38,738 nt of DNA from Vermamoeba vermiformis (Eukaryota), in NCBI GenBank assembly GCA_045837725.1, contig JBEWZL010000260.1, positions 682,001-720,738 of the forward strand, in the 5' to 3' direction. The position numbers and the translations under genes were made by a program. The notes under the pieces are model-generated. The model saw only the letters and a list, made by a program, of their open reading frames with translations. It did no database searches and was not told the origin of the DNA. Shown piece by piece: positions 1 through 12,832 of this stretch; positions within the stretch are counted from its first letter, which is position 1, and every line of letters starts with the position of its first letter.

Positions 1-641
1 TCACGCGAATATCTCATAGCTTCGTGGACTGTAGAATATTTAAAAGTTAATGGAGGACTGTTTGAGGCTCGTGTAATATTTTTAAATATTTTTCAATTTT
101 TTTTTATTCGCAGAAATTTTGTGGTAGCTTCAGTTGCATATATGAGGCTAAAATAGACTTAAAGTGAATTATAAAAAATAGGGAATAATAAATAGAAAGA
201 CAGAACGTGTTAAGAACCGATCTTTCATTGCTCTGATCTTACCTGACATTTTAAGGCCGGCACAAAGTTATATTATAGAGCTATTCAATTCAAAATGGCG
301 AAGTGTCGCTCAGCTTCGGCTTGAAAAAGAAAAGGCCAAAAAAAGGATGATTTTTATTTTCCCTGCCGGTAACACCGAAACACAGCTGGTTCTTGCTTAC
401 AATTTAATTATCCTAAATATTTAGCTAATATTGGCTTCCATTATTCGAGGCTTTACTATCAGCTCCTGATCAACCAGTCGAATTACAATTATTTGATCTT
501 CAAATATAAAGCTAAATATAAATATACCGTAACATATATGAAATTATCGTTATGAAGACCATCGTAAAATTGCTTTTTTTAAAAATGCATCCGTTTTATT
601 CAAAACATGGAGCTCTAAAAATACTATTATTACAAGTAATA

Positions 642-2073
642 TTACAATGACACGTGCTTCACAGTGAGCGGACCCAGCAACCTATCAACAGTACCTGGAA
701 ACAATGCCCGTACAATACTCATCACGCGCAGGGCAGTCTCCGTGTACAGCTCTCGTTTGCGCGTGACAATAGCGCGCACAATGCTCGGTGCAATCTCTTC
801 GGGCAGTTGCAGCTTGTAGAACTTGCCTTCTTTCGGAGCCTCTCCGAACCCTTCGCGCAGCAGATCTGTCTTCATGCCGCCAGGGCACACAATCGTCACG
901 CTCACTCCTTGCGACCGTTCTTCAATTCGCAACGCATCGAAGAAGCCTATGGAGGTATATACTATTAGCTACTACTAAGTATACTGCGAGCGAACAGTTT
1001 CTGTGCAAATCACGAGCGGAGATTATGACACGCGTCACACGGAGAATTCAGCTCGTATTTACCTAACAAAGCGTGCTTGGAACTGCAGTAATGAGCGAGA
1101 TTCATCATAGCGGTCTTGCCTATATTAGTAATATATTAGAGATAAGTAGCAACTCGTGAAGCCAAGGCGTACCAGCCATGCTCGAAGTGAGACCAATCAT
1201 GCCTTTCGAAGCACGGATGTGAGGCAGAGCAAGCTTGGCCAAGTAAACAAACGACATGAAATTAACACTGATGACTCTTTCGATCATTTCAATGCTATTA
1301 TCGGCCACAGAACAAGCTGGCATGATGCCGTGGTTGATGTAAAGCACATCCAACTTGCCGAACTTGGTGATTACCTCGCTAACCACTTCCCTATTAGAAA
1401 TACTATCGTAAGTACATGCTATTCATTGCCTACATGGAAAAAATGATCTGATTTGTCGGCAGAGAATCTAACTGCAATATCATGCAAGACGTACTGACAG
1501 AACTGTTTGTCGGAAAGATCTCCTGCTAGTGCTAGCAGTCTTTCTTGATTGCTGTTAGATGATATGACCGCTGCTGTTTCTTTCAAAGTTTCCGTCCTGC
1601 AGTCAACGAGCACGACTCTAATTGATTACCAAGTAAGTATTAAATCATTCTAGTGAGGATTAAATCGTCTCCTATGAATTAATTATAGCTCAATTTCACC
1701 GAATTGCTGCCCTAAGAAATAAAATTTGATTTGCGAATCACGAAGGATCCAACAATTTAATTTCGATAATACTCAGGTTCATTTAATGATCTTACTTGGC
1801 TCCGTTGTCATAAAAGCTCTTTGCTACTTGTTTTCCAAGGCCTCTAGCTGCGCCAGTAACAATGACGACTCGATCTGTCAAAAACGGCCGTTAGGTTGTA
1901 GTCACGTAACTGGTGCTGGATTGTTCCGATCGTAAGTAATTTCAAGTCATTTAAATACACTTTAGAGTGGTACCTTTCAGATGAAACTGGAGCTCTTCTG
2001 GGCTCATGTCTTTCTTCATCGATCGCAAAATGAAGTAGGTTATTGTAACCCCGAGCATAAAAAGAGCGAGCAT
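642..2073 (-). CDS. Membrane-anchored short-chain dehydrogenase/reductase, 11beta-HSD-like, copy 1 (multi-exon)
   Basis: Spliced translation: N-terminal hydrophobic anchor MLALFMLGVTITYFIL, Rossmann motif VIVTGAARGLG, LDVLYINHG, TSSMAG, catalytic HYCSSKH (YxxxK), C-terminal exon VTIVCPGGMKTDL; GT-AG introns. Confidence 0.92.
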
Positions 2074-2571
2074 CGCACGAGCTGTGGTTTAATTGGCCAA
2101 TATTAGATGGAAATTAATTCGGTTTCAATTTATCGTTGCGACACATTCTACTGCCTGTTTTTGGAAAGTCAAGAAATCGATGGCCGCGAGCGGAAATAGA
2201 CTCCTGCTCATGCTTCTGACGTAAGGTATGCAACTTTAACATTATGCAACGTAATGTATGGTTAGGTCGTTTCACTTTCTGACTATTCATTTTTTACCAT
2301 TTTTGGATGCGCTTCATCTGACTTAGCTCCACTTCGCCGGTCTAACAATCGTTGATGCTGATTCAATTTGACTCACGATTCCTTGCTCTCGATTACGAAA
2401 TTATTGTAATTGCGCTTTAAATCTCAGCTGAGATTATAGATAGGTGGAAGATCTGACATTGGTCAAGCTCTGTCGTTTCTCGCAAAGTATTCTTGCTGAT
2501 TTATGTCATTCTATATACAAAATTAATCGGCTACTTATTCTCTCGACTGAACTCTACGCAGATCCACCCCA

Positions 2572-3949
2572 TTACGATCGACCAGCAGTCTCCTTCGACA
2601 ACGGACCAATAACGTTATCAATGAACTGCGGGAACAGCGCTCTGACAGTGCCCATAGTCTTCAATATTGCTTCGGTGTAGTGATCTCGCTTGCGTGCAGC
2701 GACGGCGTTGACAATGCCCGGTGCGAGATCTTCGGGGAGATGCAGCTTGATGTACGACTTGGAGTCATCGGCTTTAGTGGTAGAGCCACCCACGGCCAGC
2801 TCTGTCTTCATGCCTCCTGGACAGACCACAGTCACACTCACGCCGTATTGTTTTTCTTCAATTCGCAGCACGTCGAAGAATCCTAGAGTAGTGGTAAGTG
2901 TGTCAGTAACAACGAACCCTTTTTATTATATTTATTATGAAAATAATCACGTACCGTTCAAGGCGTGTTTGGAGCTGACGTATGGTGCGAGATTGATCAA
3001 AGCGATCTTACCTATAAAAAGCATTAATAGAGTGGTTGATAGGCAGTGTAAAAGAGAAACGTACCGGCCATGCTGGATGTGATACCATAAGAACCCTTTG
3101 AAGCACGCAAGTGAGGAATAGCGCACTTGACTAAGTACACAAACGACATGAAGTTGACGGCCATCACTTTCTCGAATGTTTCGGTCGGCAACAGTTCGAT
3201 GGTGTTTGAAGGCTTGATGCCGTGGTTGATGTACAGGATGTCTAACTTTCCAAATTTGGCAATGACCTCATCGATCGCTTGTCTGAAATAGATCAGAGTT
3301 AGAAAAGTAGGCCATTATTTTCAACAGTAATTATGGAGTTGGGGCTTACTGGCAAACTTCTTTTTTCGATAGATCTCCGACAATGGCGTGAATTCTATTT
3401 TCGCCGAATGATTCTTTAAATTCCTTTTCAGTTACGCGAAGTACTTGTTCGAGAACGTCAATCAAAATGACTCTGCAATTAATAAAAATTATTATCGATT
3501 CAGTAATTTTAGATCAGCGTTAGTAATTGGTTTAAAATTCCGGTATTAATATTTGAGCACTTGAATTCAATAATTAAATATAATTTCGGTCGGAAATTGC
3601 TCCCGCATTTTTCCCGCTCGTAAAAACTTCGATCAACAACTTAGAGTGAACCTACTTGGCTCCAGCTTTGCCGAACTCATTTGCAACTGCTTTTCCAAGA
3701 CCACGAGCGGCGCCAGTGACGATGACGACGCGATCTATTTAAAAATTTTAGTACAAGGATAATTGAAATTTTTTGAGTCGCTACGAATCGAATCAAATTG
3801 AATACTAATGGAGTCTCAATCCTATAGGAGGTCGTAAATTTACCTGTTAAGCGTCTTTTTAATTCTTTCTGCGAGAGCGAGGTTGATCGGAACAACCAGA
3901 GCAAAGCTACACCGGCGCAAGCAGCGATGTAAGGGAGATAAGCTTGCAT
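2572..3949 (-). CDS. 11beta-HSD-like SDR, copy 2 (multi-exon)
   Basis: MQAYLPYIAACAGVALLWLF anchor, TGAARGLG, LDILYINHG, TSSMAG, PYVSSKH, VTVVCPGGMKTEL; same intron positions as copy 1. Confidence 0.92.
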
Positions 3950-4109
3950 AGTAAATATAGTTCTCGTGTGGTATTGTTGAAGTAAACGAAGTAAACTGGT
4001 TAAAATTTAAAGTCTTATCGACAAAATAGGAGAAATAATTTCGCTGCGTAACATCAGTTTTTCCGCTCTCGTAATTTTAGCTTCCTGTTGGGTGGAAATT
4101 GATTTTCAT

Positions 4110-5347
4110 TTACTGCGCCACTTGAGCGGACAAAGGACCGAGCAAATTATCGATAGTTTGAGGGAACAAAGCTCGGATCAAGGCAGCGAAGCGCATGTAC
4201 ACGTCAGTGTAATGCTCTCTCTTACGCGCAGTAACGGCATTAACTACACCGGGGGCAAGATCTTCCGGCAAGCAGTGTACTTTGTCGTTTTTCAGGGCGT
4301 TTGGTCCGAATCCGTCAGTCACAAGATCTGTTTTCATAGGTCCAGGGCACACAATGGTAATACTAACACCGTGTTGTTTTTCTTCGAGTCTCAGCACGTC
4401 GAAAAATCCTGCGTGGCATTCGGTGTCAAAAAAGCGACACGTGTCATGTGATGGTTTGAACTATTACTTACCGAGCAAGGCGTGTTTGGAGCAGCAATAA
4501 TGAGCCAAATTCATTAAGGCAGTCTTGCCTATATTAATGATATATTAGAGATGAGTTAGCAGTTCGTGATGCCAAGTCGTACCAGCCATGCTCGAAGTGA
4601 GACCAATCATGCCTTTTGAAGCACGGATGTGAGGCAGAGCAAGCTTGGCCAAGTAAACAAACGACATGAAATTAACATTGACGACCTTTTCAATGGACTC
4701 AATGCTGTTGTTGAAGACTGAACTGACTGGCATGATGCCGTGGTTGATGTAAAGCACATCCAACTTGCCGAACTTGGCTACCGTATCATCAATGACCTTT
4801 CTATTAATTGACGATAAGTAAATGCTAAAGATTAATTCTAAGAAGATTGTTTCATACCCGCAAAATTCTTTGTTGGACAGATCCCCGTTGATTGTCATCA
4901 CCTTGTCAGCACCAACGGATTTTGCGATCTCGTCGGCTGAGGCACGCAAGGTATCCTCTCGCAAGTCAACCATAACAATTCTATAATTAAAGGAGGTTAA
5001 AAGATTTTTTTATCGGATCTATTCCGGATGTGCTTTCTTTTATCAAACAAGTTATGATTCGCATTGCACTTACTTGGCACCACTTAAAGCATACTGTTTA
5101 GCAACATATTTTCCCAAACCACGGGCTGAGCCAGTCACAATCACGACACGATCTGAACGAATGAATCAAAAAAGAATTCCTTCGATTAACGTCCACGTTA
5201 TTTTTCAACCTAGATATTGGTCGTATTATTATAATTACCAGTTAAACGCTCTTGCAATTGCTTCGGTGTCAGATTTGTCTTCCTGGCTTTGAGAAGATAC
5301 CAGCAGACCAAGACTCCAACTAAGGCGAAAATAATCGATAAAATCAT
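4110..5347 (-). CDS. 11beta-HSD-like SDR, copy 3 (multi-exon)
   Basis: MILSIIFALVGVLVCWYLL anchor, TGSARGLG, LDVLYINHG, TSSMAG, HYCCSKH, ITIVCPGPMKTDL. Confidence 0.92.
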
Positions 5348-5551
5348 TTTTGCTGTGCTTGCGTGCCTTTGTTGATTTGATGGTCGATGGAATAAACAAA
5401 ATCTGTTTCAGTTTTTTGGTCCCTTTCCGTTTGCCGCCAAAAATAGCAGTCATTCTGTGAGTCCAGAATGGAATAACAACAATCTAAACTAACTAATCAT
5501 TTATAGCACAACTCTGATTCTTTAAAGAAAGAATGAAACATTTACATGAAT

Positions 5552-5854
5552 CTATCTGCTGGTGTGGATCTGCTTGGTGCCTGATTTCTGCGCCGTCTGT
5601 GCCTTGACATTCTGGTTGTGCATTCTTTTCGAGATTGGTCCGAAGTAACGGTCCACTGTCTGCGGGAACAACGTGCGGAGCAGTCCCATCATGCGCAATG
5701 TGACGTCAGTATAGTGTTCGGGCACTCGCTTCAACACTGCGTTCACGATGCCGCGAGACAAGTCCTTTGGTTTGCTGAACTTGATCAGCTTGCTCTTCTT
5801 GCCTTCGTTCGGATCTTCTCCGAATCCATCGCGGATCAGTTCCGTGCACATCGC
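5552..5854 (-). pseudogene. Orphan duplicate of the SDR terminal exon; 5'-truncated, carries a native-looking C-terminus
   Basis: Highly similar to 5977-6195 (MCTELIRDGFGEDPNEGKKSKLIKFS...) but begins mid-exon after a T-run with no splice acceptor. Confidence 0.7.
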
Positions 5855-5876
5855 AAAAAAAGATAGTTATGATTTT

Positions 5877-7173
5877 CTAGGAATCCCTAAAAGCCCCACG
5901 AATCCCACAAGGCGCGGGGGACCCGAAACACCCCAGGCCCGGAGGACAAGAGGGATAGATTGACAGTATTTTGAAGGGTCCAAAGTAGCGATCAATAGTC
6001 TGCGGGAACAATGCACGGAGCAAGCCCAACACACGCAGTGTGACATCAGTGTAGTGTTCAGGCACTCTCTTCAGTGCTGCGTTGACAATGCCGCGCGACA
6101 AGTCCTTTGGTTCACTGAATTTGATCAACTTGCTCTTCTTGCCCTCGTTCGGATCTTCACCGAATCCATCGCGGATCAGTTCAGTGCACATCGCACCAGG
6201 GCACAATATCGTCACACCTACACCGTGCTCTTTTTCTTCCATGCGCAGCGAGTCGTAAAATCCTATTGCAGGGTGTCATTAAGGTACGACACGTGTCATC
6301 AGGTGTCAACGTACCCATCAGTCCGTGCTTAGAACTGCAATAAGGGGCAAGATTTTCCATCGGTGTTTTGCCTAAAAGGAGATTAGTTTTCTTTAAGGCT
6401 ATTAGAACTGAATGCAAGACTTACCAGCCATGCTCGAAGTGACTACAATGCTGCCTTTAGACTCGCGAATGAGTGGCAGTGCTAGTTTGGTCAACAACAC
6501 GTGCGAGGTGAAGTTGACGGCGAGTACTTTGTCGATCAAACCAATGGGCGTGTCGTGAATAGAACCCGAGGGCATGATACCGTGATTGCTGAACAACAGG
6601 TCTAACTTGCCGAACTTGGCTTTGGTGTCGTCAATCACTTGTCTACAGATAATGTCAATATATACTAGCGTTATTGATTTGAATTGTTTTGCTTACTGTC
6701 TGGCCTCGGGTTTGGTCAAGTCGCCTTCGATAGTCAAAAACTTGGCCTTTGGAAATTTGGTCTTGATTTCTGTTTCTGTTTTCGCGAGCTCGTCTTTAAG
6801 AACATCGACGAATACGACACTGATTGAGCGTCAGTCCTGCTAATGATTGTTGGCTGCATGTCGGAATACTTACCGTGCACCGTATTGTAGCAAGGACTCA
6901 GCGATGGCTCTTCCAAGACCTCTTGCTGATCCAGTGACTATGGCTACTTTGTCTGCAGGATTTATATTTATATCAGAAAAAAAGACTCGAAAAGAATTGC
7001 GGATGTGACTTACTGTTCAACTTGTCTTGCATTTGCTTGTCGGAGAGTGGCCTAGACGCGATGTAATTGTATGTGAGAGCGCACGCGATGGCCGCTAGTG
7101 TTAAAGCGAAGAACGATGCGTTCAAGTAGATGCGATACAGCACCGTGAACAGCCATCGCAAAAGTTCTGGCAT
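5877..7173 (-). CDS. 11beta-HSD-like SDR, copy 4; last exon reads into an unrelated GC-rich insert
   Basis: Long hydrophobic N-terminus, TGSARGLG, LDLLFSNHG, TSSMAG, PYCSSKH; after DRYFGP the frame continues into non-homologous sequence to TAG at 5877. Confidence 0.88.
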
Positions 7174-7359
7174 TTTGTGAGGTATGGTATTGTATTGATG
7201 AAAATTACAATAATGAAGTATAGAAGTACTCGCCTATTTATGCCGTTCTGAATTCTTGCAGAATAGAGCATTCGTTCCGATCCGAATGGACTAAAATGGG
7301 TGCAGAAGGAGAATAGAATTATTTACCGTTTTTCTAACGAAATATTCGGCGTAACAATA

Positions 7360-8438
7360 TTAGAACTTGTCCTTCAATTCTCTGACCTTGCCCATCACTT
7401 CAACAGCAGTCGCATCCGGCATTTTCAGATGTGCTCGCAGTTCAGAGCTGTTGACGCGCATGAAGGGGTTATATTGCAGCTCTTGGCCAATAGTACTCGG
7501 CACTGTTGACTTGCCCTGGCGGCGTTGTTCTTCAGCCCAACTCAATTTATCCTGTCAGATCCGGCATGTTAGCACCAATATTTCTTTTATCATATAATAA
7601 TGTGACACGTACTTTAATGTGTTGATTATTAGACTCGAGGGTGTGAGCAAATTGCAAGTTCTTGACGGTGTATTCGTGACCACAGTAGATTTCAGTGGTG
7701 AGTGGAAGTGACGCGATCACACCGAGCAGTGCTTCGTGCATTTGTTGCGCCGTGCCTTCGAAGAATCGACCACAACCAGCTAATACATATAAGCATTAGT
7801 ATCATATAGAACCCTCTTATATGATGAGGTAAGTTGTCACAAGCGTCGCACCAATGAACAACGTGTCACCAGTGAATACAGCCGTGTTCGAGGCATTGAG
7901 CTTGTCCTCGACGTAATAGAGCATGTGGCCGCTAGTGTGGCACGGAGTAAACAAGCACGTGATTGTCACGTGATCTCCCAGCGAGATTTTATCGCCGTGT
8001 TTGACTTCGCGAGTAATTGCTTCGATACGGCTATCACCTGATTGGCCATATTAATATTTTAGGGATTGATAGTATTAGATATATTTAATACCTCCAATGA
8101 CCTCTAGGCCTAGTTTAGTGGAAATTTCTTTGTTTCCACCAGCGTGATCCCAATGGTGGTGCGTAGTCAGCACGCCTTTTAATTTAACACCGTTGCTTTC
8201 AGCGGCAGATATTACCTGTATTATAATGTTAATACCGAGCGGGGCGAATATTATTGCTTGCCTTGGCAGGTTCAGCAGGATCCACCGCGAAAGCTTCTCC
8301 AGTCTTAGTGTCGCACAACAAGTAACTGTAGTTATCCGACAATACGGGTACTTGGATTATATTATAATTTTCTATTTAATTAAATTGATTATAAGCTATC
8401 TTCGTTTATTCAGAAATTATGGACTTACTTGCGGACAT
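7360..8438 (-). CDS. HAGH: Hydroxyacylglutathione hydrolase (glyoxalase II), multi-exon
   Basis: Spliced protein [22 protein letters not shown]...DPAEP...[13 protein letters not shown]...TPCHTSGH...[15 protein letters not shown]...YCGHEYT..NL.FA...[17 protein letters not shown]...KDKF. Confidence 0.96.
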
Positions 8439-8787
8439 TCTGGAATAAAATAGACCAACTAGCCACAAAAATTTTAATAAATTGTTCATTATATTTACGT
8501 ACAACTCTACCACCACCACCTTTGGGTTTGAAAAGTTTGCTGGATCGAAAAACTGATGTGGACGGAAGTTTGGTGGCAATAAATCTGAACACTCAGACGA
8601 TGTCAATATCTGCGAGAGTCAATTATTATGTTATTGATTGTGCTCTTACTTGACCGAAATTGTTCGTTTGGTTTTGGTTCCGATCATTTTTTGATTTATC
8701 CTTTTACCGCGCAAGCACGCAGCACAAAAGAATGAAGTAGTTATATTTTCTTTGTATTATAGGACTTTATATATTAGAATAGAATAG

Positions 8788-10583
8788 ATGCAACGATATA
8801 AATTGATTCTGCAGTACTGCGGCACGTCGTACATTGGCTGGCAGAAACAAGGCAAAGAGACGAAGCACAAACGAAGCATTCAGTCGACATTAGAGGTACG
8901 CAATAAGAGTTTCGTGCGCTAATAGTAATATTCAGATTTATTGCAGTAGTAAATTTTAAAAATTAAATTTTAAAAATTGGCGGATCCCGTTCAGACCCGA
9001 TCTTAAAATTAACTTGGTGCCCGATATCAATCACTGATATAACATCGATTTTTATTAATTATCGCGATGCATTTCTATGATATTTTAACCGCGTGAGTTC
9101 ACCGATCTGATGTGCATCATTCATGAAAACAGAAAGCAGTGCACGATTTCGTCAAAACGCCGACACACGTGCACATATGTGGTCGAACAGATGCGGGTAA
9201 GGTAAAAGCCACGAGTTTTCTTCGAGCCTCCCTGTATTTTTACTCGTAACTAATTCGCTCTTGTTTCATGACCAGGTGTGCATGCCATAGCCAATGCCGC
9301 GCACATTGACATCAATAGACTGCATCGGAAGACCGGCAATGAAGTAAGTGTACCTATTATACTTCAATAATATAATTACGGAGTGCAGTGCAAACGATGA
9401 TTTTAGCACCCTCACGCGGATCCAAAAAACAACAATAATTTCATCGCCTTATTGAACTAATAGTGCGTTATTATATAGCGCGAGCCATACTCAGCGATGC
9501 AAGTTAAAAATGCGATCAATCATCACTTGAAAGCGATGGACGTCAACGACATTTACGTCAATCACGTCGAACTCGTGGATCAAGTACGTCTGACTGTTAG
9601 CTGAATAATATTAGTGCCTATACTTATAACACAACCAATTTAGGATTTTCATGCACGATTCTCCGCGCTAGAGCGCACTTACGTGTACAAAACAGCGCTG
9701 TGTCGCGACAGCACTGGCGCAGTATTTGATTGGGACAAACGATGGTACATTAGGAGGCATATTGATTTGGAGAAAGTAAAGGTATGCTAGTGTAATCATA
9801 TACTATAATATTTATGAGTCTATATATTATCATTGGGGTTAATACTAATGATAGGAAGCATGTAAATTTTTCGAAGGCGAACACGACTTTACAACGATGA
9901 AGCCAGCTACAGAACAGGTACGAATATGCTTATACATGTATGATATATGAGTGTTGATGATACTAATGCTGGATCTGCTCGTTGTTTTATAGTCACCAGT
10001 AGTCGTCAGAACAATAAGGAGTTTTCATTTTGAGCTTGAAAAGCCGACTATATCAGCAGGATATCACGAGCCTATTTACGCTAATTTCTATATTCGCGCT
10101 AAGGCCTTCATGCAGCATCAGGTAACGGCTGTATAACTAACTTGGATCTCGCGCGACCGATAAATCAACGCAAAGCTAATTATATCAATATTAGGTTCGC
10201 AAGATTATGGGCTCTGTTATGCTAGTGGGAACCGGAGATATTACAGGTATGTCTGATTACGAGATGAATCAAGATCGGTACACATCCAATCAAACAAATC
10301 GGAGTAGAATTATTGAAGGCGTTACGCATTAATAACGATCATATGACTATTTAATAATATGTGGAAGATATCATCAGACGATTAAATAATCTACGTGGCG
10401 AGATATGATCAAAATTTCTAATCCGTGGTAGTGGATGAGCTGAGACGGAGAATGGAGGCGAAAGACACTAGCTTAGCTCCAAAGATGGCCCCTCCTAATG
10501 GTCTTTATTTCTTGCACGTACGTTATCCCGAAACGACAGAACGAAATCCGGAATCTGGTATTAAAATTCCTTATCATCTATAA
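8788..10583 (+). CDS. truA: tRNA pseudouridine synthase, TruA/PUSL1 family, about 9 exons
   Basis: MQRYKLILQYCGTSYIGWQKQ, catalytic GRTDAGVHA (split by an intron), DFHARFSALERTYVY, FEGEHDF, AKAFMQHQVRKIMG, APPNGLYF; TAA at 10581. Confidence 0.93.
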
Positions 10584-10821
10584 AGCGGTGATTTAACGTA
10601 CGTTACGTCATTAATACGGTGATTATTATTTATAATACTATGCTCGCAATTGGCACCTATTATTTGTTGTCGAAACCGACTTTTTTTTGATCGAGCTATT
10701 GCTTTTTCGATTTCTCCGCAGGTTGATTATGATTTATTAAAAATAATACGTAAATTACATGGGTGTGATGCTGAATACAGCACCACGAATTTTTACACTA
10801 ACACCGATATTTGTTTTATGA

Positions 10822-11034
10822 TCATCGGGTAGATTCATCATCTCGGCTTGAAGAGTAGTTACCATTCATAAACGGACCCTTCCACAAGCCAAACTCAGAT
10901 GGAGAGAATTGAAGCTCATGATCGGCACTTAACTGGGTGCTGCCAGGTCTGCCCCGAGAGTACCACGGATGTTGATCAGATTGATCCAATTTCTTCGGAG
11001 AAATTTGAATGGGCTGTGTCGCTGTAGCTTCCAT
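10822..11034 (-). CDS. Possible small hypothetical protein (~70 aa)
   Basis: ATG-initiated ORF, more GC-rich than its AT-rich flanks; no recognisable motif. Confidence 0.3.
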   Translation of the reverse strand: MEATATQPIQISPKKLDQSDQHPWYSRGRPGSTQLSADHELQFSPSEFGLWKGPFMNGNYSSSRDDESTR

Positions 11035-11501
11035 GTTCAAATCAATACTCGAATCGTTGTGTCAATAACTTATTAACAACTGTGTTCCTCTCGCAAGCGT
11101 GTTTGTAGATTTAACAAATTTTTCTGACACCACGCGAGAAATAATTTCGAGACCACGTGGCCAATTAATTAAAGATAACTCAGTAAGTATACCTATACCT
11201 ACTTCTGAAAGTTAGACAGCTAAATGCAAGATCGGCCGAGACAGCTCTGATCGCTCACGTGCGGTTTACTGTGCGACCCCTTTGTATACCGGCCCTCCCG
11301 ACTTAATATATATAGTCGTGTAACTGAATTAAATGTTAATATTTGGTCCGGTGATGATAAGGTGTGATAGAAGTACAACAATTTTTTTTGTTTTCAACTG
11401 ACATCCAGGCAACTAGAAACCACAACTGCCTAGTTTTACCTTGGCCTTGTTTATTTTGATATTGTATATTGTATTTAATACCCTTCTTAAATGTTAAGGT
11501 G

Positions 11502-12452
11502 ATGGTGAGTGCTCAGGAAAGATTTTCGGGATATTTGATAATTATTGAATACTAATGACATAATTGAGCCAAATATTTAGAAAATAATTAATTTAATTGC
11601 CCGGACTAATACGCTGTTACTGCACAGGAGAATAATAACGAACAAACCACAGCAAGTAATATACTTTTGGGACGTGGTCGTGACGTGTTTGTACTGCATT
11701 TGCTGCCTCTAACAGCCTTAGACTGGTTATACGTATCAAAGGACTACCATGAACTCGCATTCAATAATTTATTGCGCGATCCAAGAGTCATACAATTGAT
11801 CAACGAATCTAGACCTTTGTCCAAGGCCGTAGCGCTCAATAATGCACGAGCAGTAACACTATTATTGACACATCCTAATGTCAATCCAAATGAAGCATTC
11901 AGCAAGCCATTAATTGCGGCGATCGAAAACGGATTTGAATATGGATTTTGTTATGACACGCGAACGAAGATTAGTTATTATTTCTTAGATCTATGTATCT
12001 GTAGAAAGAGATTGAATATTGCAAGGTTGTTATTAAAGCGCGGCATCAAGTTTGAAGACGAGATCAATTTTAATCGCATGCTAGCAAAGGCTTGCGAGAA
12101 CTATATTCCCGAATTAGTCGCAGAATTATTAGAAGTATACGAAGATAAAAGTAAAATCAATATTAATCAGGCACTAGAAATTTCAGCAATTTGTAGGCAC
12201 GAAGATCTTGTCAAAATTCTGTTAGATCATCGACCAACGAACAACAGATTATCAGCGAAAATATTATTAAGCATGGCTAACTATAGAGTATTCGATTGCG
12301 CACAATTATTGTGCGATCAAGCGGAGTTTATAGACATAGACGAGAGAGCTTTCAAAGAGCTCATTACGCGCACGACACACGCCAAGAGAACTGACATTGT
12401 TCAGCTTATTAACGACAAAATTGCACCTTTTGTAACCAAATCTGTTGATTAG
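11502..12452 (+). CDS. Ankyrin-repeat protein with F-box-like N-terminus
   Basis: ATG|gtgagt micro-exon spliced in frame at 11628; F-box-like LGRGRDVFVLHLLPL..DWLYVSKDYHELA; ankyrin repeats PLSKAVALNNARAVTLLL, PLIAAIENG..NIARLLL, ALEISAICRHEDLVKILLD. Confidence 0.8.
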
Positions 12453-12832
12453 CGGAGATAAACTCGAGCTAATTCTGATTAATTTACTACTCTAGATAAA
12501 TTGTGCTAGCAATACATTTGTCAATTTCGCAGCCCACTCCGGCACGTGGATCACAATCGCGCAATGTTGCGCGGTTCTTTGATCCGTGCCGTGCTCCTTG
12601 GCACCGTGTCGCCACTGTAACTGGGCATCGATTCACACCAGCACCTGTTGTCCAGCGCTTGCTGCGCGTGCAATAAATCTTATCGCAATCGGAGCAGTAC
12701 TGCGACATACAAATTTTCCTTTCCACTTTGACCTATGTAAACCCGAGTTTAAAGTGAAATCTTATCAAATATTGAATGCTGTCGTACAAGATGACCAGTA
12801 ACAACGCTCATTTATTCAGTTAATCCAAAGTG

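Noticed and set aside
654-7597. Plus-strand ORFs over the SDR and glyoxalase II genes
   Set aside because: Antisense shadows of minus-strand coding exons
12487-12726. Cys-rich minus-strand ORF between the two F-box genes
   Set aside because: No convincing start or signal peptide and no recognisable motif; could be a fragment but cannot be supported
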